From Methanocaldococcus sp. 16A (GTDB taxonomy: Archaea > AGJL01 > Methanococci > Methanococcales > Methanocaldococcaceae), in NCBI GenBank assembly GCA_049860595.1, contig CP187551.1: DNA of 64,000 nucleotides, one strand, 5' to 3'. A program made the position numbers and the translations under genes. The notes below the pieces were generated by a model that had not been told where the DNA came from, searched no databases, and saw only the letters and a program-made list of their open reading frames with translations. The number at the start of each line of letters is the position of its first letter. Positions within the stretch are counted from its first letter, which is position 1. Below, one piece after another: positions 21,178 to 33,394 of the stretch.

Positions 21178-22791
21178 TCACCTTTTAACGTTTCTTATAT
21201 TTACTAAAGCTCCATGCTTAGCTTTTTTCATTTCAAATCCGCTCATTAAAGCCCTCCCAATACCTAAGAATGTATCATCTTTAATTAAGACAATTTCATC
21301 GTTATAAGAGATATTTTCGTTACAATCAACAAATCCTGGAGGGAAAAGTGAACCTTTTTTAATTTCATAATTTACCTCAACATAATTAATATCCCTCCCC
21401 CCAATATTCCATAATAATTCTCCCCCACTTAAAGTTAATATAAGCAAACCATTTTTTGGATTAATTGAGGCTATTTGTTGATTTTTACCATTAACTTTTG
21501 TAAATATCTGTCCTCTATGATTTATAAATATTTCGTTAGGGATGAAATTTATCCTAAACTGAAACTTTGATAGCTGTTGAATGTTATGGATTTTTTGCCC
21601 TTTTTTATTTATATTTTTATTTTTTGTTAGTTCTTTGTAATTTTTTAGAGTATTTGTTAAATTTTTTAAAGCTTCATCAGATGTAGGATTTTCTTTTGAT
21701 GTTATAACAACATTATCCAAATCCAAAATCTCAAGATAATGCTCTGGTAAATGGGCTATAACAACATAATCATCAAATTTTTCCTCAACTTTCTTCAAAA
21801 AGTTTTTTAAACAGTTATTTATCAGCTTTATTTCCTCAAAACTCCATTCTCCAGTTACTGGGATGTCATAATTAACCAATCTTTCCAAAGCCCTTGGTAC
21901 TAAACCATAAGGTGATGTTAATATAACTTCCTCAACAACTACTTTTGAGGCATTTATTGCCTTTATAAACTTTTGATGTGATTGAGAGGTTGAATATGGC
22001 TTTTTTGATGAGCATGGCAATAAAACTATAACATTTGAATATGGCTCATATCTATCTAATCTCTCTAAGTATTTTTTAACCTCTGGAATGTTGATATTTG
22101 TGGTTACAATAATTTTATTCTCTTTTGATAATGGGATGTTTCTTAAATCTGGTATATACCTTCTATAATTTGCCCATAAATATGGATGAGATATGGAAGT
22201 TTCTTCAACAACATTTCTTAAAAATCCATTTTTTATAGATATTTTGACTTCTTCTAAGATTTCCACATAAACTTTCTTGTTAAGATTGTAGAGTTCTTCA
22301 AAGTTGTAATTATCAACCTTTATAACTCTATTTTTTGTAAATTTGTAACCCATTGCCGCATATAACTTAGCTAAAGAATCATCAAAGTAATCAATACCCA
22401 TATAAACCAATAGTGGTATTTCCCAAGGAAATGTTGCAGGGAAATAAATTGCTGAGTTTGGAGATATTTTCTCTCTAATTTTTGGGATTATTTGTAACTC
22501 TTTCCTTTCTATTAACCTTCTACCATCTGCAATAACATATAAATCAGCATCATCTAAGTTAATTAAATCAACATGCTTACCAAAGTTTAGTATTTGGTAT
22601 TTAATTTCGTTACCTTTATATTCGGTAGTTCCAATAAATGATTTTTTAAATATTGGTGTTAGTTCTCTATAAGTATCATAAGGCATCTTTATGCCATCAG
22701 CTTTAACATCAATGTCAATTAGCTTTGGAGTTAGCTCTTTATCCTTCTCTTTGCATAATCTTCCAATATCATAGGCTATTGGTTCAAGCAT
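21178..22791 (-). CDS. arcS: Archaeosine synthase (TgtA2/ArcS)
   Basis: PCSSKKPYSTSQSH motif, TSPYGLVPR, YDIPVTGEW, C-terminal PUA domain. Confidence 0.9.
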   Translation of the reverse strand: MLEPIAYDIGRLCKEKDKELTPKLIDIDVKADGIKMPYDTYRELTPIFKKSFIGTTEYKGNEIKYQILNFGKHVDLINLDDADLYVIADGRRLIERKELQIIPKIREKISPNSAIYFPATFPWEIPLLVYMGIDYFDDSLAKLYAAMGYKFTKNRVIKVDNYNFEELYNLNKKVYVEILEEVKISIKNGFLRNVVEETSISHPYLWANYRRYIPDLRNIPLSKENKIIVTTNINIPEVKKYLERLDRYEPYSNVIVLLPCSSKKPYSTSQSHQKFIKAINASKVVVEEVILTSPYGLVPRALERLVNYDIPVTGEWSFEEIKLINNCLKNFLKKVEEKFDDYVVIAHLPEHYLEILDLDNVVITSKENPTSDEALKNLTNTLKNYKELTKNKNINKKGQKIHNIQQLSKFQFRINFIPNEIFINHRGQIFTKVNGKNQQIASINPKNGLLILTLSGGELLWNIGGRDINYVEVNYEIKKGSLFPPGFVDCNENISYNDEIVLIKDDTFLGIGRALMSGFEMKKAKHGALVNIRNVKR

Positions 22792-22841
22792 TTTATCACA
22801 TCTATGAATGGTTATTTAATATTTTAATTATCGTTGTAATA

Positions 22842-22925
22842 TAGAACTTTTGTAGTTTATATAAAATAAGGTTACTTTGACACTTTTAGGAGTTTATATT
22901 TAATATTTTTATTACAAAATTTATA
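22842..22925. repeat. Degenerate family A element
   Basis: TAGAACTTTTGTAG-TTTATATAAAATAAGG...GACACTTTTAGGAGT resembles the A copy at 26147. Confidence 0.5.
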
Positions 22926-22977
22926 AAAAAACAAATAATATTATTAAAAAGCTCAAAAAACTCATTAATGTGAAAAA

Positions 22978-23784
22978 ATGGAGCCAAAAATTGTTGTGAA
23001 GGATTTAACAAAATACTTTGGGGATAAAAAGGTCTTAGATAAGATTTCTTTTGAGGTTTATGAGGGGGAGATTTTTGGATTATTGGGACATAATGGGGCT
23101 GGAAAAACTACTACTTTAAGGATATTAGCTGGAATTATTGGGGAATATGCTGGTTATGTAGAGATTAATGGAAAGATTGGCTATTTGCCAGAAGAGAGGG
23201 GACTTTATAGAGATGAAAAAGTTGTAGATGTATTAAAATTTTTTGGTGAATTGGCAGGGATGGAAAGAGGAGAGATTGCCAAAAGTATTGATTACTGGTT
23301 AAATAAATTAAACATTTCTCATTATAAAAACTCAAAAATTAAAGAGCTATCTAAAGGAAATCAGCAAAAGGTCCAATTTATTGTTTCAGTTATTCATAAT
23401 CCAGATATTGTTATTTTGGATGAGCCGTTTTCTGGATTAGATGTTGTTAATGTTAAGCTATTGAGGAATATAATATTTGAATTAAAAAATGAAGGAAAGG
23501 CAATTGTATTATCAACTCATCAATTGGAAAAGATAGAGAGGCTGTGTGATAGAGTTTTAATTTTAAAGAAAGGGAAAGCTATACATTATGGAAAGATTGA
23601 AAATATCTGCAGAAAAATGGCATATATTGAGTATTTAGAAAATGGAAAGTTAATAAAGAAAGAAATTCCTTATAATGAGGGAATTTTAATTTTAAAAGAA
23701 AAGGCAGAAGATGTTGTTAAATTTGAAGTTAGATATTCATTGGAAGAGCTATTTTTGGATTTAGGTGGTAATAATGAAACTTGA
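22978..23784 (+). CDS. ABC transporter ATP-binding protein
   Basis: GHNGAGKT, LSKGN, ILDEP motifs. Confidence 0.93.
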   Translation: MEPKIVVKDLTKYFGDKKVLDKISFEVYEGEIFGLLGHNGAGKTTTLRILAGIIGEYAGYVEINGKIGYLPEERGLYRDEKVVDVLKFFGELAGMERGEIAKSIDYWLNKLNISHYKNSKIKELSKGNQQKVQFIVSVIHNPDIVILDEPFSGLDVVNVKLLRNIIFELKNEGKAIVLSTHQLEKIERLCDRVLILKKGKAIHYGKIENICRKMAYIEYLENGKLIKKEIPYNEGILILKEKAEDVVKFEVRYSLEELFLDLGGNNET

Positions 23785-24967
23785 TACTAAAAAAATTTTA
23801 ACTATTGGGAAGAGAGAAATTCTCAGCAATATAAAAAGAAAACAGTTTTTAATAGCCACTGTTATAGGACCTTTAATTATAATTGCCTTAGCGATAATTG
23901 GAAGTTTTATGATGTTTGATATAAAAGAAATAAAAGTTGGATATGTTGATGAATTCGGCTTAGAGATTCCAAATAAAGTTATAGAAAATAATTTTGGAAA
24001 AAATACAACTATATATTTCATAAAATATGAGAATTTTGAAAAAGGTAAAGAGGATGTTTTAAATAAAAGCATAGATGCTTTAATATTTATACCAAATGAT
24101 TACTTAGAGACAGGAAAAATAACTATTTATTCCACAACAAAGTCTCCAAATCCTATAATTACAGATACACTAAATAAATTTTTACTAAAAAAGCTTTTAA
24201 AAGATAAGGTTGATAATAAAACATATAATAGAGTTGTAAATCCAATGAATCTTGAGATTTATTCAGTATCTGAGAAAGAATTTGAAAAAGAAACACTTTT
24301 ATCCCAATTGTTGCCTATTGGATTTGTATTTTTGCTTTATATGGCTATCTCTTCCTTATCAGGGATTATTGTCTCATCAATTATTGAAGAGAAGCAAAAT
24401 AGAATTATGGAGCTTTTATTATGTTATGCATCACCTGAAAATGTAATGTTTGGTAAAATATTGGGGATTTCAGTAGTTGGTTTAGTGCAAATAAGTATTT
24501 GGCTATTATTCGCTTTACCTGTAATAGTAATCTTTGCTGTTAAAGTTTCTCCATTTTTAGCAATCTTAGCCTTACTTTATTTTATATTGGGATATTTATT
24601 TTATTCCTCTTTGTTATGTGGAATCTCTTCCTTGTTTTCTCATCCAAAAGATGCCTCTCAACTAATGTCTCCAATAATAATCATCCAAATTATTCCAATA
24701 ATGTTTATGAACACGATAATGGTTAATCCAAATCATTACATGGCTAAAATCCTCTCATATATTCCATTTACTGCCCCATATACAGTAGTTTTAAGGGAAA
24801 GTGTAACTCAACTACCTTTAACAGAAATTGCATTATCAACAACTATTATGATTGTTAGTATAGCTGTATCATTTATCTTATCAATAAAGCTGTTTAAAAT
24901 TGGTGTTTTGTTGTATGAGGAGAATTTAACATTAAAAAGAGTAATAAAAATTATCTTTAAAAAATAG
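23774..24967 (+). CDS. ABC-2 type (NatB-like) permease
   Basis: IIEEKQNRIMELLL...GKILG motif, multiple TMs. Confidence 0.88.
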   Translation: MKLDTKKILTIGKREILSNIKRKQFLIATVIGPLIIIALAIIGSFMMFDIKEIKVGYVDEFGLEIPNKVIENNFGKNTTIYFIKYENFEKGKEDVLNKSIDALIFIPNDYLETGKITIYSTTKSPNPIITDTLNKFLLKKLLKDKVDNKTYNRVVNPMNLEIYSVSEKEFEKETLLSQLLPIGFVFLLYMAISSLSGIIVSSIIEEKQNRIMELLLCYASPENVMFGKILGISVVGLVQISIWLLFALPVIVIFAVKVSPFLAILALLYFILGYLFYSSLLCGISSLFSHPKDASQLMSPIIIIQIIPIMFMNTIMVNPNHYMAKILSYIPFTAPYTVVLRESVTQLPLTEIALSTTIMIVSIAVSFILSIKLFKIGVLLYEENLTLKRVIKIIFKK

Positions 24968-26122
24968 TTATTTTTTGTTTTTCAATATCTCTATTATCAC
25001 ATCATCAACAGGTTCCATTGCCTTACCAATTTTTCCAATATTCTCTATGCATTCCTTAAAGTCCTTTCCAACAATTCCATTAGTGTAAGGTACTTTAGAG
25101 AATAAAGACAAATATATTGCAAATATACCTGAAGCAATTTTTAGAGCACATCCAATTTTTCCTCCATCACAAATAATACCTGGAAGATTAGCTGTAAAGC
25201 TCTTAATGCTTTCTTCAATTTTATCTGCCCCAAAAATATAATATGATAGACCAGAAACAGCTCCAATCCCTCCTCTATTTACACATCCACACATTGCTGA
25301 GATGTAGGATGAATAGTAAGCTGAATATATTGTGGTTAAAGCAGATAATGTGATAGATTTTATTAATTTCTCTTCATCATTTCCTTTTATCTCATCATAA
25401 GCAATTATTGGTAAAGTAGCTGTTAATCCCATATTTCCGCTACCTGCAATAGCCATAGCTGGTTTATTAATGCCAATCATTCTATTATAAACTGCTGAGA
25501 TAGTTTTTTTAAGCATATAATTTAGTGTTTCATCATCTAAACTTAGATTGATAAAATCTTCTGGAACTTCTGGTGTTGATAAGTTTTTGTTTGTTTCTAT
25601 TGTTTCTTTTATAATATTAACAATATCTTCTGGAATATCTTCAATATAATCAATGAAATCTTTGAGAGTTAAATTTTTGTAAGCATTTTTTAAGTCATCA
25701 GATAGAGATTTTCCAGAATGGCTACCTTTAGTTTCAGCTTCGTAAGTCTTATCTGCTTCTATAATTACCTTACAATATACATCTGAGTCAATAACTTCTA
25801 TCTTTAGCTTATTTTCTATAAATTTCTCCAATTTCTCATCATATTTTATATCTTTAAATACTTCCAATTTATTTTCTTTATTTCCTAACAAACCTCCAAC
25901 AACTGCTGGCAATATACCAAATTTGTTAGTGTTTGGGACTCCAACTGAATAGGCGTTTTTAAATGTTCCTTTATCTAAAATTAGTTTAATCTCTTTTATT
26001 GAATACAAATCTTCTGGTTTTGCCTTAGCAACAGTATAGCCTATTAATCCAACTTCTGTGCATCCTAATGCCTTAACAACTTCATTTTTTAAAATCTCAG
26101 TTATTAACTCATTTTTATCCAT
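24968..26122 (-). CDS. L-cysteine desulfidase (Fe-S, serine dehydratase alpha-like)
   Basis: ALGCTE, GSGN, SAMCGC, GIICDGGKIGCALK motifs. Confidence 0.85.
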   Translation of the reverse strand: MDKNELITEILKNEVVKALGCTEVGLIGYTVAKAKPEDLYSIKEIKLILDKGTFKNAYSVGVPNTNKFGILPAVVGGLLGNKENKLEVFKDIKYDEKLEKFIENKLKIEVIDSDVYCKVIIEADKTYEAETKGSHSGKSLSDDLKNAYKNLTLKDFIDYIEDIPEDIVNIIKETIETNKNLSTPEVPEDFINLSLDDETLNYMLKKTISAVYNRMIGINKPAMAIAGSGNMGLTATLPIIAYDEIKGNDEEKLIKSITLSALTTIYSAYYSSYISAMCGCVNRGGIGAVSGLSYYIFGADKIEESIKSFTANLPGIICDGGKIGCALKIASGIFAIYLSLFSKVPYTNGIVGKDFKECIENIGKIGKAMEPVDDVIIEILKNKK

Positions 26123-26146
26123 AATAAACACCTAAAATATTCTAAA

Positions 26147-26238
26147 TGGGACTTTCACAGATTATATATTAAATTTGGAATTTTAACACCTTTAGGAGTC
26201 TATATTCATAAAATAGATTTATTCCTGCGAAAGTCCTA
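26147..26238. mobile_element. Family A MITE-like element
   Basis: TGGGACTTTCACAG...CTGCGAAAGTCCTA; flanks CTAAA/TTAAA. Confidence 0.8.
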
Positions 26239-26328
26239 TTAAATTAAAATAAATATCAAATTTTAAAGATTTTAAAGAATTTATTAAAATAATTTTGGAT
26301 AATATAAAATTTTTATTTTTTCTTTAAT

Positions 26329-27609
26329 TTACCTTTTTCCCAACTCCTCAACCATCAACAAAGCACAGTAATCTCCACAAATTGAACAAGCTCTTTCGTC
26401 CTTTGAAGGAATTTCTTCTCTCATATTTCTTGCTTTCTCTTTATCTATTGCTAATTCAAACTGCTTTTCCCAATCATGATTTTTCCTTGCATGAGCCATC
26501 TTTATCTCTTTCTCCCATGCTAACTTATTGCCTTTAGCAACATCAGCAGCTTGAGCGGCTATTTTAGTGGCTATAACTCCTTCTTTAACATCTTCTATTG
26601 TGGGCAATCTTAAATGTTCACTTGGAGTTACATAGCAGAGGAAATCAGCTCCATAGTAACCAGCTAAAGCTCCACCAATTGCGGATGTTATGTGGTCATA
26701 ACCAGGTGCTATATCTGTAACTATTGGCCCTAAAACGTAGAATGGTGCATTTTTACACAAACTTTTCTGCAATCTAATGTTTGTTTCTATGTAGTTTATA
26801 GGAACATGTCCAGGCCCTTCTACCATACATTGAACTCCTTTTTCTCTACATCTATCAACTAACTCTCCTAAAATAATTAGTTCTTCAATTTGAGCTCTGT
26901 CTGTGTTATCTGCTAAGCAACCAGGTCTCATTCCATCTCCTAAGCTTATGGTTACATCATATTCTTTAAGAATATCTAATAAATAATCAAAGTTTTTGTA
27001 TAATGGATTTTCTTCATTGTGATATAATATATAAGCTGTTAAAAAAGCCCCTCCTCTACTAACAACACCCATTATTCTTTTGCTATTTTTTAACCTTTCA
27101 ACTGACTGCTTAGTTATACCACAATGCAATGTCATAAAATCTACGCCTTCCTTTGCCTGTTTTTCAATTATATTGAACATTAAATCTTCATCCATATCAA
27201 TAACTCTTCCATATTTCTCTCTCGCTAATTTTCCTACTTCGTAAATTGGAACTGTTCCAATAGGAATTTTAACTGCCTTCATTATAGCTTTTCTTATCTC
27301 ATCCAAATTACCTCCAGTACTTAAATCCATAACTGCATCTGCTCCATACTTTTCAGCAATTTTTGCCTTTTTTATCTCTAAGTCAATATCAACACAATCT
27401 GGAGAAGTTCCAATGTTTGCATTTACTTTAGTTCTTAAATACTGCCCAATACCTATGGGTTCAGTATCCCTATTAACATTTTTTGGAATAACAACATAAC
27501 CTTTTGCTATAAGCTTTCTAAGTTTTTCAGCGTCAATTTTTTCTTTTTCAGCAACAATTTTCATTTCTTCTGTAATAATTCCATTTTTTGCATCGTCCAT
27601 TTGAGTCAT
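26329..27609 (-). CDS. thiC: Phosphomethylpyrimidine synthase ThiC
   Basis: TKVNANIGTS, SRGG, EGPGH, CSICGDYC motifs. Confidence 0.96.
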   Translation of the reverse strand: MTQMDDAKNGIITEEMKIVAEKEKIDAEKLRKLIAKGYVVIPKNVNRDTEPIGIGQYLRTKVNANIGTSPDCVDIDLEIKKAKIAEKYGADAVMDLSTGGNLDEIRKAIMKAVKIPIGTVPIYEVGKLAREKYGRVIDMDEDLMFNIIEKQAKEGVDFMTLHCGITKQSVERLKNSKRIMGVVSRGGAFLTAYILYHNEENPLYKNFDYLLDILKEYDVTISLGDGMRPGCLADNTDRAQIEELIILGELVDRCREKGVQCMVEGPGHVPINYIETNIRLQKSLCKNAPFYVLGPIVTDIAPGYDHITSAIGGALAGYYGADFLCYVTPSEHLRLPTIEDVKEGVIATKIAAQAADVAKGNKLAWEKEIKMAHARKNHDWEKQFELAIDKEKARNMREEIPSKDERACSICGDYCALLMVEELGKR

Positions 27610-27786
27610 AACAATCACCAGATTTTTAATAATTTTATAAAAATAAAATCTAATAAGTTTATTAAAACAAAAGTATATAAAAGGTTAGGTAAATTATCAT
27701 TATTAATTATGATAAATTATTCTACTCATTGTTGGTAGGTCATATAATTATGTCTAATCAATGTTTATAATTATTAGGTGTTGTTC

Positions 27787-28920
27787 ATGAAGTATGAGGG
27801 AGAAATAGCTATAGGTCCAGTTCATCCAACAATGCTTGAACCTCACAGATTAAGATTATTTATTGAAGATGAGATTATAAAAGAAGCTGAATTAGTAATT
27901 GGTGTTAATTATAGGGGGATAGAACTTATTATGGAAGGATTACCTCCAGAGAAGGTTAGTATATTATCAGAAAAGATTTGTGGAATCTGCTCTCACATTC
28001 ATGTATGGTGTAATGTAATGGTTACTGAAAGAGGATGTGATATAGAAGTTCCAGAGAGGGCTGAGTATATAAGGGCTATAGTTGAAGAATTGGAGAGATT
28101 ACATTCTCATACGCTATTATTTGGACATGCATTTGAAGTTTTAGGTTTTGAGACTATGGCTTTTAGAGCATTTATGATTAGAGAGCCGATAATGCAAATT
28201 TTAGGAGAGATTACAGGAGGAAGAGCTCAATACTCTTGTCCAATAATAGGGGGAATTAGACCGAGATGTAATATAAATGAGAGTAAAATCCCTGCATTAT
28301 TAGAGAAATTAGAAAAGTTTGAAGAAAACTTAAAAAAATTGTTAGATAGGACAATAAATGACCCAATGATTATGGCGAGAATTAAAGATGTTGGAGTTTT
28401 AGATAAAAAAACTGCTAAAAAATTACATGCTTTAGGACCTACTGCAAGAGGTAGTGGAATATCTTGTGATATGAGAAAAAAGGGGCAGGTTCCAGTTTAT
28501 GATAACTTTGAGTTTGAAGAAGTTTTATTTGATGATGGAGATGTTTTTAGTAGATTGGCTGTGAGATTTTATGAGTGTTTTGAAAGTATTAAAATAATTA
28601 GACAGGGTTTAAAAGACTTGCCAAACTTAGATAAGAGAATATATAATCCAAACTATGAATTAAAAGAATTCAAACCAATAGATGTTTATAATGAAGCTCA
28701 AAGAGGGCAGGTTTATTATTCCTATGGTTTAGATGAAAATGGAAGAGTTAGGCAGGCAAAAGTTAGAACACCAACAGCAACTAACTTAGCTTGTATGGAA
28801 GCTATCTTACCAGGACATCATGTTTCAGATGCTGAATTGATTATTGCAAGCTGTGACCCATGCTTTACATGTACAGATAGGATGATTGTTGTTAAAGAAA
28901 ATAAAGAAAAGAAATTTTAG
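27787..28920 (+). CDS. ehbN: Energy-converting [NiFe] hydrogenase large subunit (Ehb-type)
   Basis: [19 protein letters not shown]; stand-alone location as is typical for Methanococcales ehb genes. Confidence 0.78.
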   Translation: MKYEGEIAIGPVHPTMLEPHRLRLFIEDEIIKEAELVIGVNYRGIELIMEGLPPEKVSILSEKICGICSHIHVWCNVMVTERGCDIEVPERAEYIRAIVEELERLHSHTLLFGHAFEVLGFETMAFRAFMIREPIMQILGEITGGRAQYSCPIIGGIRPRCNINESKIPALLEKLEKFEENLKKLLDRTINDPMIMARIKDVGVLDKKTAKKLHALGPTARGSGISCDMRKKGQVPVYDNFEFEEVLFDDGDVFSRLAVRFYECFESIKIIRQGLKDLPNLDKRIYNPNYELKEFKPIDVYNEAQRGQVYYSYGLDENGRVRQAKVRTPTATNLACMEAILPGHHVSDAELIIASCDPCFTCTDRMIVVKENKEKKF

Positions 28921-29019
28921 CTATTTTTATTTTTTCACAAATTTTTGGTTTAATATATAAACATGTATGATTTTAAATTTTATATATTTCCATTAACATA
29001 TAAGAATTGAGTTTCAAAA

Positions 29020-29102
29020 TAGGACTTTCCAAGAATAAATTTATTGTATGAATTAAATTCCAAATGTTATATAATGATAAATCTATAAATGCGAAAATCC
29101 TA
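29020..29102. mobile_element. Family A MITE-like element (degenerate)
   Basis: TAGGACTTTCC...TGCGAAAATCCTA, with palindromic flanks TTTCAAAA/TTTGAAA. Confidence 0.7.
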
Positions 29103-29131
29103 TTTGAAAATTAACTTTAGTGGTGGGATAT

Positions 29132-31105
29132 ATGAGTGAAACTTTATTTAAAGAATTTAAAGAACATTCAGTAGCTGAATTTTTTAGAAAAAATAAACAT
29201 ATGCTTGGATACAGTGGAAAGATTAAGAGTTTAACAACTATAATTCATGAATTGGTTACAAACAGCTTAGATGCTTGTGAAGAAGCTGGTATTTTACCAG
29301 ATATAAAAGTTGAGATTGAGAAGTTGGGAGCAGACCACTATAAAGTGGCGGTTGAAGATAACGGTCCAGGAATTCCTTTAGAATTTATTCCAAAGGTATT
29401 TGGAAAGATGTTAGCAGGTTCTAAGATGCATAGGTTTATTCAATCAAGAGGACAACAGGGAATTGGAGCTGCAGGAGTTTTGTTATTCTCTCAAATAACA
29501 ACAGGAAAGCCATTAAAGATTATAACTTCTACTGGAGATGGCAATATTTATGAAGTTGAAGTAAAGATGAATGTAGAGAAAAATGAAGGAGAAATTGTTT
29601 CAAAAAAAGTTAGAAAAGGAAAGTGGAGAGGAACAAGAGTAGAGGGTGAGTTTAAAGAAGTTAGCTACAATAGAGGAGAGTCTGGACCTTTTGAATATTT
29701 GAGGAGAATAAGTTTAGCTACACCACACGCAAAAATTATATTAAAAGACCCTTATGGAGAGGTTGTATTTGATAGGGTTGTTAATGAATTACCAAAAAAA
29801 CCAGAGGAAATGAAACCCCATCCTTATGGTTTAACTACTGATGAACTTTTATACATTGCAAGAAAGACAAAATCAAAGAAAGTTTCTTCAATGCTTGTCT
29901 CTGAGCTTTCAAGAGTTACAACAAAAAGAATTAAGGAGCTTTCTACTTATATACTTAGAGATTTGATATTAAAGAAATTTAAAGACAGTATATTTTGGAG
30001 CATGGTTGTTTCCTGTTATTTAGATATTGATATTGAGGGCTATTTAAGTAGATTTAAAGATTATATTAGTAATGATGAGATAGATACAGTTAAAATGTTA
30101 ATTAAAAACCTTCCAGAGAGCTTAGATGAGTTAAAGAGATACGCTTTAAAATATGTAACAATGGAATATTTATTTAATAAGCTAAGTGAAGAAGAAATTA
30201 ACAAAATAAAGAATCACTTTAAAAAAATCCCAGAAAACTTTATGGAATGGGCTGAAAAGAACTATTTATCAGCTACAGTTGTTGATGAATTAAACAAAAA
30301 AGTTAAAAACATTGTAAAACCGCCAGAAAACTTTATTGCTGAAATAAAAAATAAAGGGTTAATATCAGATGAAGAACTAAGAAAATTTGAAGAAGAGGTT
30401 AAAAAAATCTTAAATAAAAATCCTAAGGAATTGACTTGGGATGAGGCGGAGATGATTGTTAATTGCCTACAGAGTATGGAATTCATGGCTCCACCAACAT
30501 CTGGCTTAAGACCAATAGGAGCAGAGAATATAGAAAAATCATTAAAAGAACTTTTACAGCCAGATTTTGTTAAGGCAATTACAAGAAATCCAAAAACTTA
30601 TAAAGGAGGAATACCATTTGCTGTTGAAGTAGCAATAGCTTATGGTGGCAATGCAGGAAGGCAGAGTGATGAAGGAAGAAGAATGGAGATTATGAGATTT
30701 GCCAACCATGTCCCTTTGCTATATGATGCCTCTGCTTGTGGTTTAACTAAAGCTGTGAAAAGCATAAACTGGAAGAGGTATGGGTTGAGAGGAGAAGAAG
30801 CTCCAATAACAGTGTTTGTTAATTTAATATCCACCTTTATACCTTACACTTCTGCAGGAAAGCAGGCAGTTGCTTGCAGTGAAAATGAAAATGAAGAGAT
30901 TTATAATGAAATTAGACATGCATTGATGATTTGTGGTAGAGAATTAGAGAAATATTTATCAAGAATTAGAAGAGAGGCTGAAGAAGAGAAAAAGAGAAAG
31001 TATGTTATGAAGTATGCAAAAATATTTGCTGAGGCATTGGCTAATATACTAAATAAACCAGTTGATGAGATTGAGGAAAAAGTTGTTAAGTTGTTAGAAT
31101 CATAA
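29132..31105 (+). CDS. top6B: DNA topoisomerase VI subunit B
   Basis: [30 protein letters not shown] motifs. Confidence 0.96.
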   Translation: MSETLFKEFKEHSVAEFFRKNKHMLGYSGKIKSLTTIIHELVTNSLDACEEAGILPDIKVEIEKLGADHYKVAVEDNGPGIPLEFIPKVFGKMLAGSKMHRFIQSRGQQGIGAAGVLLFSQITTGKPLKIITSTGDGNIYEVEVKMNVEKNEGEIVSKKVRKGKWRGTRVEGEFKEVSYNRGESGPFEYLRRISLATPHAKIILKDPYGEVVFDRVVNELPKKPEEMKPHPYGLTTDELLYIARKTKSKKVSSMLVSELSRVTTKRIKELSTYILRDLILKKFKDSIFWSMVVSCYLDIDIEGYLSRFKDYISNDEIDTVKMLIKNLPESLDELKRYALKYVTMEYLFNKLSEEEINKIKNHFKKIPENFMEWAEKNYLSATVVDELNKKVKNIVKPPENFIAEIKNKGLISDEELRKFEEEVKKILNKNPKELTWDEAEMIVNCLQSMEFMAPPTSGLRPIGAENIEKSLKELLQPDFVKAITRNPKTYKGGIPFAVEVAIAYGGNAGRQSDEGRRMEIMRFANHVPLLYDASACGLTKAVKSINWKRYGLRGEEAPITVFVNLISTFIPYTSAGKQAVACSENENEEIYNEIRHALMICGRELEKYLSRIRREAEEEKKRKYVMKYAKIFAEALANILNKPVDEIEEKVVKLLES

Positions 31106-31191
31106 AAATAATCATAAAATCTAATTATAAGCCTTTAATATTTTCAATAATTTTTTTATTTGTTTTAAGGAGTATTTAAAGAGTGAAAACA

Positions 31192-32013
31192 ATGTTTAAA
31201 CCTAAAAAAAGATTGGGGCAATGTTTTTTAATAGATAAAAATTATGTGAATAAAGCAGTTAAAGCGGCAAATTTAACAAAGGATGATATAGTTTTAGAGA
31301 TTGGATTAGGAAAAGGTATTTTAACAGAAGAGTTATCTAAAAATGCTAAAAAAGTCTATGTTATTGAGATTGATAAAAATTTGGAGCCTTATGCTAATAA
31401 ATTAAAAGAAAATTATGATAATATTGAAATTATATGGGCAGATGCAGTAAAAGTTGATTTAAACAATTTAGATTTCAATAAGGTTGTTGCAAATCTTCCA
31501 TATCAGATTTCATCACCAATAACATTTAAATTATTAAAAAGAGGTTTTGATTTAGCTGTTTTGATGTATCAGTATGAATTTGCCAAAAGGATGATAGCAA
31601 AGGAAGGTACAAAAGATTATGGAAGGTTGAGTGTAGCAGTTCAAGCAAGAGCAGATGTTGAGATAATAGCTAAAATTCCTCCAAATGCCTTTTATCCAAA
31701 ACCAAAGGTTTATTCAGCAATAGTTAAAATAAAACCTAATAAAAATAAATATTATATAGAGAATGAGGATTTCTTTGATAATTTTTTGAGGGCTATATTT
31801 CAACACAGAAATAAATCTGTTAGGAAAGCTTTAATTGATTCATCTAAGGAATTAAACTTTCCAAAGGAAGAGATGAGAGAGTTATTAAATGAATTTGTTA
31901 ATAAAAATAATGATAAAATAAAATTAATTAATGAAAAAGTCTTTAAAATTTCAGTTGAAGATATTCTAAAGTTATCTAATGAGTTATATAAATTTTTAAA
32001 AAAGGTTAGATAG
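31192..32013 (+). CDS. rsmA: 16S rRNA dimethyladenosine transferase
   Basis: [23 protein letters not shown] motifs. Confidence 0.95.
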   Translation: MFKPKKRLGQCFLIDKNYVNKAVKAANLTKDDIVLEIGLGKGILTEELSKNAKKVYVIEIDKNLEPYANKLKENYDNIEIIWADAVKVDLNNLDFNKVVANLPYQISSPITFKLLKRGFDLAVLMYQYEFAKRMIAKEGTKDYGRLSVAVQARADVEIIAKIPPNAFYPKPKVYSAIVKIKPNKNKYYIENEDFFDNFLRAIFQHRNKSVRKALIDSSKELNFPKEEMRELLNEFVNKNNDKIKLINEKVFKISVEDILKLSNELYKFLKKVR

Positions 32014-32015
32014 TT

Positions 32016-32459
32016 ATGAAAGTTGTAGTTGGAGGAACATTTGATATTCTACATAAAGGTCATAAAGAACTTTTAAAATATGCAGCTTCTTTAGGAAAAT
32101 TGACTGTAGGAATAACAACTGATGAGTTTGCCAAAAAATATAAAACACATGAAATAAATGACTTAAAAACAAGAATAGAAAATTTGAAAAATTTTTTAGA
32201 TAGTATAAAAGCAGATTATAAAATTAAAATTATAAATGACGCTTATGGAGATGCAATAACTGAAGATTATGATGCTATAGTTGTTACTCAAGAAACATTA
32301 AAAAATGCTGAGAAAATAAATGAAATTAGAAAACTTAGAGGATTACAACCATTAAAAATTATTGTTTTTAAGCATATAATGGCAGAAAATGGAAAACCGA
32401 TATCTACAACAAGGATTAGGAAGGGAGAGATAGATGAAGAAGGGAAATTAGTAAAATAG
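32016..32459 (+). CDS. coaD: Phosphopantetheine adenylyltransferase
   Basis: [18 protein letters not shown] motifs. Confidence 0.9.
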   Translation: MKVVVGGTFDILHKGHKELLKYAASLGKLTVGITTDEFAKKYKTHEINDLKTRIENLKNFLDSIKADYKIKIINDAYGDAITEDYDAIVVTQETLKNAEKINEIRKLRGLQPLKIIVFKHIMAENGKPISTTRIRKGEIDEEGKLVK

Positions 32460-32479
32460 CTAAATATATATGTGATATT

Positions 32480-33394
32480 ATGGATGTCGTTCTAATTGTT
32501 TTAATTTTAGTTTTAGTAGGATATTTTTCAAAGGTATTTGAAATTTTAAGAGAAGAGCATGCAAAAATTTTAAACAATATCGTTATCTATATAGCTATGC
32601 CCTCAACGATATTTTTAACTATATTAAAAAATGTCTCTTCTTCTCAAATATTGGAGTTTTTAAAGCTTCCAGTGGTTATTTTTCTATCTTGCTTATTTGT
32701 TGGAATTTTAGCTTATTTTCTTGGAAAACATATTTTTAAACTAAAAGATGAGAAGCTTGGTGGGTTAATATTAGTTTCAATGCTTGGAAATACTGGATTT
32801 TTAGGATATCCTGTAACTTTGGGAATGTTTGGTGAAAGTGGTTTAGCAAGAGCAATATTTTGCGATTTAGGTGGGGTTTTTGCTACAATGCTATTAGGAA
32901 CTTATGTTGGAATAAAGTTTGGAAAGAGTAAAAATAAAAATATTTTAAAAGAGATGGCTAAATTCCCTCCTTTAATAACAGGAATTTTTACAATATTATT
33001 AGTATTTTTTGGTTTTAGGTTAGAATATATTCCAAATTTTCTCTTAAAATCTTTAAATTATCTGTCTTCAGCAACAGTTCCATTGATTATGATGTCTTTG
33101 GGTTTATCTCTCTCACCAAAAGCTTTAAAGTTTGGAGTTTTTTGGGGTATTGTAGCTTCTATATTTAGGTTTATTGTATCCCCAGCAACTGCCTTTACAT
33201 TATCTGAACTAATCAATATAAAGGGATTAGATAAAAATGTTTTATTGGTTGAGAGTTCTATGCCTTCAGCAATGATGAGCCTTGTTTTAGGAACGTTGTA
33301 TGAGTTAGATGTTAAATTGATAGCTTCATCTATATTTATTACAACAACTCTATCTCTAATAGTTATAGCCATCTGGGGATGGATTTTTAGCTAA
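32480..33394 (+). CDS. AEC (auxin efflux carrier) family transporter
   Basis: GNTGFLGYP, MPSA motifs, about 10 TMs. Confidence 0.87.
   Translation: MDVVLIVLILVLVGYFSKVFEILREEHAKILNNIVIYIAMPSTIFLTILKNVSSSQILEFLKLPVVIFLSCLFVGILAYFLGKHIFKLKDEKLGGLILVSMLGNTGFLGYPVTLGMFGESGLARAIFCDLGGVFATMLLGTYVGIKFGKSKNKNILKEMAKFPPLITGIFTILLVFFGFRLEYIPNFLLKSLNYLSSATVPLIMMSLGLSLSPKALKFGVFWGIVASIFRFIVSPATAFTLSELINIKGLDKNVLLVESSMPSAMMSLVLGTLYELDVKLIASSIFITTTLSLIVIAIWGWIFS

Noticed and set aside
29940-30420. Large helical insertion in Top6B
   Set aside because: No intein or repeat signatures; length matches what I recall for Methanocaldococcus Top6B, so it is a lineage feature.
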